DNA from: Psammoneis japonica
Taxonomy: Eukaryota
Direction: 5' to 3'
NCBI GenBank assembly: GCA_008632985.1
Contig: QPGO01000080.1
Span: 186,001 to 250,000 of the forward strand
Length of the DNA: 64,000 nucleotides
In this document: in pieces, positions 1-12,000 of the stretch
Numbering within the stretch: the first letter of the stretch is position 1
How the letters are laid out: each line of letters opens with the position of its first letter
The notes under the pieces: model-generated
What the model was told of the DNA's origin: nothing
Seen by the model: the letters and a program-made list of their open reading frames with translations, nothing else
The model's database searches: none
Translations under genes and position numbers: made by a program

Positions 1-3000
1 CATGCTTGTTCTTGAGGGCTTGCTCAATCCTGCAGTTGATCATCTGATGGGACAAACAAGATGCTTGGTCCATTGAACCAGGACTGACAACCTTGAGGGA
101 TGCTTTCTTGAAGAAGGACACGACTGACAGTTTATCGGCAGGATCAAAGGTCTCCAGGAGAATCAATTCTTAAAGAACACATTCCCGAAGTAAGTCAATG
201 ATGTTGTCCTTGGAGGTTGCATGGTTGGGATCATCAAAAAATTGATCCAGATCAACAATGACACCACTGCAAAGATTGTTGAAGTGCTTCGCAACCTCAT
301 TGTCACCACAATGTGGTTGAAACACAACAGGGATCTCTCTGAGGCAGCCATGAGTGTGCTTCTTGGGGGTCAAATGCACCATGGTTTCTGAGGTGCACAA
401 AATTTTTAGTCATGCACATGTGGAAATCCAGCACAGTTCTACAGAGCCTGTGTGCCAATGAAAAAATCCTCTTTCAGGATCAAAATGGTGGCAGGCTCAT
501 TCAGCTGACAAACCAAACAAGAGCCATGGTGGGAGAGTTGCAACACAGAGGAGTGACAACCTGGTGAGGCCACAACCTGACAGAATGCCAATGGTGAAAG
601 CAATGAGCTAAAGAGCTCCCTGCAGACTGGTGACAGTGGATGACATGTGTGCCAGTGAGAAAGAGTGAGAGAAGCAGATCTTGGATGGATGTGCTCATCT
701 GTTCAATGACGTCTGTCCGTCATCGGTGCACAGTCTGACCATGTGCCATGGCAGGTCTGCTGACAGGCACTGCTCCTTTCTGCTTTGCTGATGCATGACT
801 CAACAGCAGCAAGCAGCAACATGTGCATTTCAAGCTGCAAATGCACAACTTGATGCACCCACTGCCCTTGCTGCATTTGCCACACATGTGAAAGATGGTC
901 CAATCACTTCCACCTCACCCACCCACTGCCCATGCTGTGCACCACCAGCTTGGGAATGGGAGATGGTTGGCATCAATGCCAGCAACCTCTCTCAGTCCAA
1001 AAGCTGACACCAACCAATGATGTCTGCTTCTTTTTTGCAAGGCCAGGGTCTGCTTCCATTTGGCATTTGTCAGTTTTTTTGTGCCCCCAGCTCTTTGGAC
1101 ACTTGTCTTCAGTGCTTGAAGAGGTCAGAGCAGCCATGCAAAACAAACCCCCCATGTGCACAGAGGGGAGGCACAGACCACCATCTCCTGTTGGTCTCCC
1201 ATCTGCACTGAACCCACCAAGTGAAGGCAAGCTTGTCTTTGACAGACCAGGCCCAAGCAAAATTTGCTGCCTTTACCAGATTCAATTCCTTGACATCCGC
1301 CAGGCATTCCCATGTTGTCACACCTTCTTTCCAGTGCATGCATGAGTTCCATCCCTTTGTTGTCTGTGTGATGTGTTGGCAGTCTGACCAGATGCAGCAG
1401 TTTTGGGCACCTCAACATTTAACTCAAAGATGTCATGGACCATGTTTGACTGAATCAGTCCTCCAGCTTTTGAGACAGCCATCCTTGTGGCCTGCTCCAT
1501 GCTTGGATTTATGAACAGCTCCTGTGGAAGTGTTGGTCTGTTGATGGCAGTCAGCTTTCCTGGCCTTTTTGCAAAGCTGCTTGATCATCTTTTGGGCCAC
1601 ATTTGCTGTCACAGCATGGAGGGCACCATCTTGTGTAAAGAACAAGGACAACACTTCACGTGCCAGGGTCTTAGAGATTTTAGAAGACAGATGTGTGCTC
1701 AGCTGTTGGACATGCTCAAGACTTGAGCACAGATGTTGCCTGACCTTGACTTGATGGAGAAAAGCACAATGTTAGAGTGCACTCCCTTTGCAATGCACCT
1801 GTGTTGCAGTTGGCAGTCATTGATGCAGAGCATTGGATTCAATGTCATCCTTCTTGCACCTCACTGAGCCATGACCTTGGCTGCATTCTTGGCATCCTTC
1901 AAGCTGAAGATGTGGACCAATTCTTGGCCAAGCACTCCTGCTGTTCTTCTTTTGTCATTTTGAGCAAAGAGAGGACAACTGATGCAAGCAGCATGCAATC
2001 ATTGCACGTGTTTGAAATGTCATGCAAAATCCAATTTTGAATTGAATCTGATGTCTCTTGAGCTGCAGCAGGCAAGAACTTCATGCTCATGATGTGCATC
2101 TGAAAACATGCATTGTTGACAGTCTGATGGGCACATCAAAGAGCATGTGTGATGGCCTGTTCATGCTCCCAGAAGTCCAATGAGGATGCGGGCCCCACTC
2201 AAGGGATTTGTGGGTTAGGTTGTGAACAGCGCCATCCTGAGCATCCACTTCACATTCTGCAACCTTGGGCTTGGCAGCAACAAAGCAACTTGTTGTGGCT
2301 CCAAGGGCGTGATTGGACCCTCCCCTCCAGTCTGGGCCCTTGTGAGTCACTGCATGTGCATTGCAACTGGGTTTGTCAGTGGGAACCTGGGCTTCAAGGT
2401 GACTCCTGCATGACATTGGCCACAGTTGCACAATGGGAAACAACAAATTGTGTGCAAGGTGGGGAACATGCATGCCTGGTGTGTGCATGGCTGACAACCT
2501 GTGGTTTTTACCTGCAGCAAGATCAGTGCAAGTGATCATGCCACAAGCTGCACACAAGCTCTTGCTGGTGCCTTGATCAAGGTCACACCCTGCCACATTG
2601 ACAGGATGCTTGTGGTTGAGCAATGTCAAGGAACGCTTTTCTGAAGCAACTGCGTCAGCATGACTGTCCACCCAGTTGAGATTCACTCTGTGCAGCTGAG
2701 GATGAGACATGCCAATCTCAGTCAAGTGGAGGGTCTGCAAAGGCCTGAGAGGCCCAGCATGCACTGGAGTGGGCTGAGTTGCTCCTGCTTCTTGGAAGAC
2801 TTACAGATGAGACAAGTTGTCCTGATTGCACTGCTTCACAGGAGGTGGCACCCTGCTTGGGGTTGCCTTGTTGCCCTCAGCGGACTCATCAGTCTTGAGC
2901 TTCACTTTGGCCTTGGGAGAGAACTTCTTGTTTTCTGAGTTTGGGCAACACTTGTCCTCAACTTGGTCAGCATGAATGATGTCATTGGCATGCTTGCACT

Positions 3001-4270
3001 TGTGAGATTGTGCAACTGCAACTCTGAGGGTTGTGCTCTTGTCAACAGGCTTGGGCTGCTTGACAAAGTTTTTGAACAGGATGGCACAAGCACCAAAGTC
3101 CTGTTGGAGAGCATGACACTTGCCGTGATCTCTGTCTTTACAGAGAGCCAAAGCTGGGGTCTTTCACACCATCCAGTGGGTGGCACACCTTGGATTGTTT
3201 GTGTTGTTCAACCTGGACCCTCACAAAGTGCTCAAAATTCCAATTGCAGCTGTCACATGTGAGCAATGAGAGATGCTTCTGTGCCACACTGGCCATGTCA
3301 TTTGTGTTGTTGGGCTCCAAGAAATGGTTGCATGGTTGTGTGGGCTCTGGCAGGCCTGCTGTCCATCCTGGCAATGCTGCGGGCTGACTTGACATGGGCA
3401 CTGCTTGAGCACTCCTCAGCAATGCCCAAAATGATCTCCATTGCTTTCACACTGTTTGCCATGACAGTGTCTGTGTTGGAGTTTGGTCTTGGTCATCATG
3501 TCCCTGTGGGTTGAAGCCATTGTCTCATCTTCATTGCAACACTTGTGTGCAAGCACCGTTGGCTTTTGGCAGTGTCATTTCCAGCATTGGCATCAACAAT
3601 CAGTGAGTGTGTCAATGTGCAACACACCTGGTTGCATGGTGTGTTGTGCACAAAGTTTGAAATTCTGAAGTGGTGATTTTAAAATTGCTCACACATTTGT
3701 GCCTCTTTGCGCTGCAGTTGTCAACAAGTGTTGAGCTCAGCCCAGCTCTGGGAGCAGCCCTGCTCATTGAGCATGAGTGACTCATTTGTCCATTGATGTT
3801 TTGGCATCATGTCTGAGGCCAAGTGGAGCAATGTGTTGTGCAATGCAAATCACACACATGTGATGGCTTTTGCATCAGCTTTTTCACACTGCAACAGCTC
3901 TGACAAAGTGAACAAATTGCCCCACTGTTGCACAAACTGGAGGAAAAGCAACAAAGTCATTGCAACATTCTGCCACATTTTGGGAAGCGAGGTCTGGGTG
4001 TCATGCACCACGTGCTCTTGTCTGTTGCTAAATTTCTACAGTTCATTGGCCTGCAGCCAATTCTCCACTGGGAAATTCTTCATGGCAGGTGACTGCATCT
4101 CAGGTGTTTGGCATTTGCTGGCAATCCAGCTCCTCCTGGGCCAGACTTTCTTTCACCACAGAAGACAACAGAGTGGGATTGGCAAGAAATCCTGACATTT
4201 TTTAAGGAAAAAAGCATGGAAGTGCCCCATCTCCTCTGACACTGCATGCAATTGAAAGAAACACACAGCT
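1..4270. mobile_element. Block of old, TpA- and CpG-depleted transposon relics
   Basis: TA and CG are almost absent, TG/CA are in excess, and only broken Cys/His-rich ORFs remain. Confidence 0.7.
2087..3500 (-). pseudogene. Degenerate copia (CoDi-type) gag-protease fragment
   Basis: WVDSHADAV...VNVAGCD resembles the diatom copia protease motif DSHADT; gag-like pieces lie upstream; frameshifted. Confidence 0.6.
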
Positions 4271-4340
4271 CAAATTCCAAGCAGCGGATTATTCGTTCGA
4301 AACGGAAAATTATTTCTTATAAAAAACGCCTCTTTATTGT

Positions 4341-6020
4341 TCACTTGAAGAGCTCAACCAGACTCAACTCGTTAGGAAAGTTGCCGCGGGCTGGACAAAT
4401 GGCGTCTAAGTCCGCTTCATCTGTGACTCCCATCCATCTTGAAATGCCAGGCCAAATCTGCGACCAACTTGTCGTCGGCAAGAACCTTCCGCGTCCTAGA
4501 TTCAAATCACCGTTTTCACTCAAGTCGTCCGGATAGTCTCCCAAGATTTGTCCTCCGTTGACATCGCCCCCAAACATGAAGTAATTGCCAGAATATGCAT
4601 GGTCAGTGCCGCCGCCACTGTTCGGCGTGAGTGTGCGCCCGAATTCGCTCACTTGAACGACTGTTGTGCTGCTCCAGACACCGTCAGACTTCAGCTCGTT
4701 GGCAAAGGCAGTCAAAGCTGCATTGAGTTCCTTAAAACCGTCGCGCAAACGCGTATCCATATCATCGTGGTGGTCCCAACCCGGGTATTCCACAAAGAAA
4801 ATGTCCATGTTGCGCGATCGGGCACTGCGGGACTTGATGAGTCTTGACACCACTTCTAGCTGCATTCCAATTGTTGAACTACCAAAGTTATTTGTCACAT
4901 CGGTGCTATCCAATGCATCGGCAAGCGCTCCGTTCTGGTTGAGAAAGCGCAGCATGGAGGTAGACCACGTATTGGCAAAGACGCCACTATCGCTCTTGGT
5001 GTCATTATTGAAATTGGCAACCTGGGCTAAAAACTCAGCCTCTGTCATGCCTGCCGCTTCCACTTCAAATCGAGTGACGCCATTCGTACCGACACTTAGA
5101 GGCGGTTGCGTCTCACCCACCAATGCATCAGAAGGCGCTTCGATAGTAATTGATCCCACTGAAAAGTTTTGATTTAGCACATCAACCATTCGACCCAACA
5201 CACCGGTCCCTGCACGAGAATCAAACGGGTCAACCTCTTGTGTTTCTTTCTGCATTGTGTTGTGAGCAAAGAGCTGTATAGGCGTATCAACTTTGTAGGT
5301 GCTCTTGGAAGACGGTTGTCCCAAGACTCCAGTGTTGGCAAAGAAGAGGAGATCGCCGTCATTGAAAAGCTGTTGCACGATTGGCAGTTCCTCATGGATG
5401 CCAAATTCGCTACATCCAACGAGGGGTTGGGAGCTGCCATCGATGGACAACAACTGCTCTTGGTTTAAATGCAGGGGTTCTCTGATATCCACGTACTGCG
5501 CGTACGCGTTGGAGGTGCACGTCTTGGGCACGAGCATGTTAAAAGAGTCGCAACCACCCGCCAACATGAGCATGACGACAGCCTTGTATCCTATGCCACC
5601 AACTGCTTGGGGGGGAAGTGGCTCAGGCAGAGCCTCGCCACTAAGCTTGATGGTGTTTGTGGTGTGAAACTCGGGAGTTGTTATCATGAGCTGCTGGGCA
5701 AGGCGCAACGCGGCATCAGGTCCGGCCTGGGCAATGGCATTGTTGTAGGCATTCAGAATTGCTTGTCGACCCTCGTAGCCGAGACGACCAGCTGTAAGGA
5801 GAGTGGACAGCTCGTCAATAATGGCTGTCGTACCTGCAGCCGTGGCGGAGCTGGAGGGCTTATAAGTGAGCGTTCCAGTCGCGCGGCTGTACGAGCCATC
5901 GTCAGCACAAGGCAGATTCTCGGTTTTTTCGCGGTCAAATCCAAAGCCATATCCACAAGTCGATAGGCCAAACTTGACGAGGCTGGCAAGTCCGTTCAGA
6001 ATGTTGACTGTTTTAGGCAT
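4341..6020 (-). CDS. Last exon: end of DUF1800 region plus DUF1501 domain
   Basis: Part of the 561-aa ORF 4341..6026; acceptor AG at 6021-6022; contains the SEFGRTL...GTDH...GG.V.GG motif. Confidence 0.88.
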   Translation of the reverse strand: MPKTVNILNGLASLVKFGLSTCGYGFGFDREKTENLPCADDGSYSRATGTLTYKPSSSATAAGTTAIIDELSTLLTAGRLGYEGRQAILNAYNNAIAQAGPDAALRLAQQLMITTPEFHTTNTIKLSGEALPEPLPPQAVGGIGYKAVVMLMLAGGCDSFNMLVPKTCTSNAYAQYVDIREPLHLNQEQLLSIDGSSQPLVGCSEFGIHEELPIVQQLFNDGDLLFFANTGVLGQPSSKSTYKVDTPIQLFAHNTMQKETQEVDPFDSRAGTGVLGRMVDVLNQNFSVGSITIEAPSDALVGETQPPLSVGTNGVTRFEVEAAGMTEAEFLAQVANFNNDTKSDSGVFANTWSTSMLRFLNQNGALADALDSTDVTNNFGSSTIGMQLEVVSRLIKSRSARSRNMDIFFVEYPGWDHHDDMDTRLRDGFKELNAALTAFANELKSDGVWSSTTVVQVSEFGRTLTPNSGGGTDHAYSGNYFMFGGDVNGGQILGDYPDDLSENGDLNLGRGRFLPTTSWSQIWPGISRWMGVTDEADLDAICPARGNFPNELSLVELFK

Positions 6021-9000
6021 CTGCAAGAGAAAGAAGCAGCAAGGTCATGCGGGAAATAAGACGACCGTCGGTGACGACATGAGAAAGTTGGATTGAGCAC
6101 TCATGTACTTACATCCAACAGCTGCGCCTCAGGAGATACCAATTGCGCCTTGGACACTCTACCTTCCGGGACATATTCTGATCTGAAGAATGAAAACGGA
6201 AACGATATATTGAGGAAGAATTGTGACACAGGAGGAGAGAGAAAGCAGATTGTTTGTACCTGAAGAATGAAAAGACGGAAGGGCTCTCGTGCGCCATTTG
6301 TCCAATTCGATCATCCAGCTCCTCAAAGGTTACCATTGGTGGGGCTCCAGGAATATCCAAGGGTTGGAAATCCATGCTCCTCATAAAACTGATCACTCGA
6401 ATTAGAGGCTCTCGTAGTGAACCCTGGAATGGATCAACGTCGAGCACCACTGAGCGCGCCTCTCTATCGAGCACGATTGAGGCTACTGTCGCTGCAAGGT
6501 CGCCATACTTGGAAGTGCCAAAGTTCTCACCGGTATCAGCTTGGTAGAAGCCACTCCGAAAGGCGGATGAGCATTCCTTGACATATCTGGGAGTAGGGTT
6601 CGAAATACCGAATCGTTGTATGAATCGAAAGCACAGAAATGGTGCAGTATTATCATGGAATAACAGATGGTTTAGCAATGCCTCGACTTCGTACATGACA
6701 TCCCGAGCGTTCGACTCGGACGGGATAAGACTCATAAAGTGAACTGGGTTGCGGAATGAATACGCCCCACCTTGCACTTCGACGGTTGATTTCACATTCC
6801 TGAGAAAACGTTTCTGACCATAGAAAGTAACCTCAAAGATGGTGTCGACGTCGTAGTTGGCTCCTGTTTTATGAACAACAAACCCGTTGACTTCTTCGGA
6901 AGAATTGTACATGTTGGCATCGAACGAGCTTGGGTTTGGCGCACCAACGTGAACTTGTGCGAGAATTGACTGGACGTCTGGCGGATCTGAGGTAAATACC
7001 GGAGCCTCCTGTACTGTCATATCGCACAAGCAATTGTTTTCAGTGATAGTGGCACATGGTCCACAGCCTTCCGACGCTTCAGGAAAGAAACCACCTTCCC
7101 AACCGACTTGAAAGAAGTTTGTCGTGCTCTCATCGACATGTGAGACCGTGCCGGAGGAAGAAGCGAAATTATGGACCATCGCAATTTCTCCACTGGGGTG
7201 TACTTTCACTTGAATTGAGCAGCTGGTGGATGCCCAACGGTATACACTATCGTCGGTCGCGTTGCGAGAGTCCTCGCATGAGTACAATTCGGCGTCTAGG
7301 CACCTCGCATTCTGCGTTGTGAACTTCATTCTTTCGATGTCGTAAAGATTTTGATTTGTCACTTCAATCAAGTTGCCATTGGGAGCCTCACAGCAAGCTG
7401 AGGTTGCGATGGGGAGTAGGGGATTCCCGCAGATTGCCTTATCATTATTTGACTTCAAATTAAGTTTCTTTCCATTGGCGAAGAACGGATGTTCCACACA
7501 GGGTTGAGCGACGTACTCGTAAAAGATACCATCCGCGACTTGAACGACTCGAACTGTGTCAACGTCGCACTCGTCCTTGATGCAAGCCAGATTCTCTTCT
7601 ACAGTAACTTCGATCGGAAATTGACAAGATCCATCCTGCATGTCACAAAGCAGCGACCGCAGATTCGATGTTGCTTCATCGAGTACAAACCTTTCTGTTG
7701 ATTCTGCGTGATCGGTCATCAGCTCCGGAAGTGGGCTTCTCCCTAGAAGCCTGTACTTTGCGCCTTTTCTTAAAAACGACCTCTCGGGAAGGTCGATGCA
7801 CCGAGGGTACCCATCGCCTAAGTATCCTCCATACAAGTTCGATTTCGGGAAGCGATCATGCCATTCTGCATCGATATCCATCGGATCAATTCGATTGCGA
7901 GAGTCAAAGCTTTCGGTGTTCCCGCGATGTTCTTGCCGCTTAAACCCTGTCCATACTCGAGCAATCGAACGGATCTCATCATTTGTGTATACTTGCTGAA
8001 CGTTGCCGTTGCTATCGAGTTTGGGTGTGCCATCAACATTCAATAACGTCAATCCAGTCGTAAAAAGCTGCATAATTTCCCTAGCAAAATTTTCGTCCGC
8101 AAATTCGAGTCTTTGTGTTGTGTCAAAGACGTAGGCCTGCGACTTTGACTCCAAGTAAGACAGATTCTCGGCCATCAAAGGTGAGTAGCAAATCTCGCGC
8201 AGGACATCAAAGTAATTCCCAAACGCGCCTCTGACAAAGATGTCGTAAAACTGAAGAAAGGTCTCGACATTGCGCTCCTCGACTTGAATGGATTCCTTCG
8301 CGAGCGCAAAAACTTGGCTAAGTGCCCAAGCCATCCGCTGACGGAGCTGATCTTTGGAATAGAGTGCCACCATTGTCCATACAACTTCCCTTTGTCTGTT
8401 GAGGTTGCCCCTAAATGTAGTGTCACGAGGCACTTCAGATTGAAGATCAAAGTGATCACCCTTTGAAGGATCGTTCATGACTTCGCCAGGAGAGCCGCAG
8501 ACCACAACAGCATCTCCCTCTGCGACTGTTGGGACACCGTAGTAGTCTACAACTTGGTCAAGTCGGAGTTCATTCGGTAAGTTCTTGTACAAAACAGTAT
8601 CACCGTAGCGACCCACACGCTCGAACTTTGTATAGTGATTGTCCCACCGGTTTTGCGAGTGAGGAAATGTCGGGTGTTCACTTGGGTACACAAGGATGTG
8701 GCTACCACCGTCGAGCCACTTTGTAATGGGGTGGTCGTTTCCCACAGACGCGGCATATTCGTTTCCTGGATGCGTGTCGGAACGAGTCCAATAAGTCAAA
8801 TCAAATACGCTCAAGTGCTCCGGGTGCACATGCCTCCAGCAGTCGCCGTCCTGAGATAGCAAAGGATTCTCACGTGGTTAGGATACAGGGATGGACAAAG
8901 GGAACAAGACAAACAGAGATACGCCTTACCACTTGAACATCGATTTCGACCTCGTCGTCATTTGGATCACAGTTCGACCCTGCGGATGGGAATGAAATGT

Positions 9001-12000
9001 CACGAATATACGGGTTTGAATCGGTGGACGTGGACAGAAGCTGTCCTAGAGCCTGATTCGTCAGGCTTGGCGCCGGGTTGCAGCCTGACAATATTCTTTC
9101 CCATCTACTTCGTACACCTGCGGTACACGGATGATCGACTTCCTCGTTGAAATCTGGCTGCTTTACCTTCAATCCTTCAACAGCATACACATATCTCCCC
9201 GTGAGATTGTGGAGCTGCACTATATTGGTGGAATCCAAAGTGATTGAAATATCAGGTGTTGAGGTTGTGGCACAAGCAGTCTCTTCAGTGGATAGTATAC
9301 ATCCCTCAGCGTTCAAAAACGTTCGAGGCACATTAGAACAAATAGTCTGCGACGCGGTTTTCAGTTGGGTTGCGCCACCGCCGTCAGACAAGGGTTTTTC
9401 GATGGTATTCTTCTCCAAAATTAGTCGGGGATCCCAGATCAAAAGTCCTGCGGTTGGGTGTGTGGCGAACACTGGCGAATCGAAATCTTCAATTTGCTCG
9501 GGAATGGCCTCGCACTTGGTGTCGTCAAGGCCATTTTCGAGCAAGTACATGTCATCATTGGTCGGACTCCCAAGATCCCGCCAATTGTCAACAACAATGA
9601 GATTGTCGGAATTGTCAAGATTCAGCACATGTAGTCCCATGTATGCTTCAAACCCAGTAGGGAAACTTATGGGAGGATTCGCCGGATTTTTGAAACTACC
9701 ATCCGGAGAAAAGTTTTCATAACGTACGCGAGAGCATAAGCCGTTGGGTTCTTCTGTGTAAGGTTTCGATTTTAAGAAAACCTGTCCTCCCACGAACTCA
9801 TCTGGATAAAAACAAATTTCGTAAGCAAAATTTGGGTCCCAATCGGGAAACCTGCTGCGCATGTCCCCTAAAGAGACAGAGAAGGAAGTGTTAGCCAAGC
9901 AAGAACAAATCTGGGACATTTTCTTTTGAAATAGGTTGGATGCCGAGAGCACGTACCACTCTTCCATTCAATATTGTCCACCACCGTACGCGCAAACCCA
10001 TCAATGAAGAGAATGTATGGCCCTCCAGATTCGGTTGTGTTCTCGATGTGGAGACTCCCAGAAACCGGGGCACCTTCTATGTATCTATCTTTTCTCGTGA
10101 ATGCAAATCTCCTCCAGCGAGAGTTCGGGTCGCACGGATGATCAGACCTGCCTACATCCTGTGAATACATCCACTGTTCAATCAAACGAGATAACAACAG
10201 CGCCATGAGAAACAAATGTCTTGTACAGGTAGAAGCGAACCAAGCAGAGAAGAAGTTGACACACCCTTGGATTCGCTCTCTCTCTGTAGTACTCGCGATG
10301 ACTAGTCATTGCCACTGTGTTCATTTGCTCCGAGACCCATGAGGCATAGCTAGCAGAAGTCCAATTGAGATCCCGTTTTGTCGGGCCGAACGTTGTCATC
10401 TCTAAAAATCTTGAAATATCATCGATTGCGGCGGTGGTATACTCGTACGAAGAGAGGACGTAAGACTCGTTATTGCCAAGGGGTGAGAGCGGTATATTAC
10501 ATGAACCCGCATTGCAATCAAATACCGGCGTGTCAAATATATCCGCAGCGAACACCCCTGCAGAGCTCTCCCACGCATTGTTGTCGTAGGAGCGAGCCAT
10601 GGGAACGACAATCGTCTCACCAGTAGAATCGGATGAAACCTTTGTCAGGGTACACAAGCCGCTGGAAACCACAATGAAGGCTCCTTCTGGGTCGACAATA
10701 TCTGTTTCTTGACCGACTTCGGGGCAGATGTTGTCAGGGGGTGGAGGGGTTTTGGTTGGACTGTGTGTTGGCGACGGCGATGGGCTCCTCGTGTAACCTT
10801 TTCTTTTCATCACAAAATTGTCGAACAATAAATCAAAATCAAAACTATAGTCTCGAATCACAATTTGCACCTTCCCCGGGTTGATCACGTTGGATGGCAC
10901 TGAACAGAACGTAAATTTGTAAGCTGGAAATGTTCAAAGACCTTTGACACAAAGCACAAAAATTGAAACTGACCTGTAAACGGAATGCTGAATTTGTTGA
11001 ACGCATTCGGGTCCCATGTTGAAGCGTATGGTGTATTCCAAAACCTTCTACTCCACACATGATTGGAGAGATCGTCAGAATTCCAAATCCAAATCCTTAC
11101 GGACGGGCACGCCCCATTATTTGCCAGATTCTGCGAGACATCACAGTTGGCAGTGACATTCGACCCAGCGTAAAGGAGCTTCAAGTCTACTTCGATTTCC
11201 CAGTCAGTCCCTCCTTCCAAGCACCTAGCAGTGAGGAAAACGATGGTTCAATGGTGTGGTGAGCACCAATGTTAAGAAAAGAAAAACTTTAGAGATGCGA
11301 CGAGAGCAAAAGGAGCAAGAGTCGCACCTATAGTCAAGAAGATGTTTCGAAAACTGTGGTCCATTACTTCCGCCAGTCCTGTCAGTGTACCGAAGCACCC
11401 GCGAACCATGTTCACCATAATGCTGAAGGGAGCCCCTGATGTATGGCTCCCAATATCCCACGTGCCCAAGCTCCATGTCAGAGTTAGCGGTGAGTTCGCC
11501 GTCGCACTGTGCCACTTTCTCTGAAATAGACACGTCGTCGACAATTATTGTGGTGTTCGAGAACTGGTTCACGTAGATTCGAAGCACGCTGGTCTGGTCT
11601 GCGTCTAATTTTGTAGCGTTAAAGGTTCCATACATGCGACTCCATCCATCGGCCCACTGCAACCCGGCAGCCCACGCAACCGTTTTAGTTGTCGAGGTTG
11701 ACCCCTGTGTCTCCAAACTCATTGTTGGACTATGAGAATCATCACAAAACAGGAGAAAAGAGTCAGATAAGCGCGAACACAGCGCATTCAAGACAAGAGG
11801 AAGAATAAGCCTACCATTGTGTGTCAGTGTCCTCGGCGCAATCAAACTCTTCGCCCGAGATGTTGTCCTTCAGCTTGTACTTGAAATGCACCTGAGAGTA
11901 TCGGAAGCAAGCACCAACGGGATTAACAAAGCGATTGAATTCGGGGACAAATGTTGCAGCAAAGATGGACAATAACGGTTTTTGCCTTACCTCGTAAAGC

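Noticed and set aside
1000..2080. Possible RecQ-like helicase relic
   Set aside because: Only vague motif resemblance in heavily mutated, frameshifted sequence
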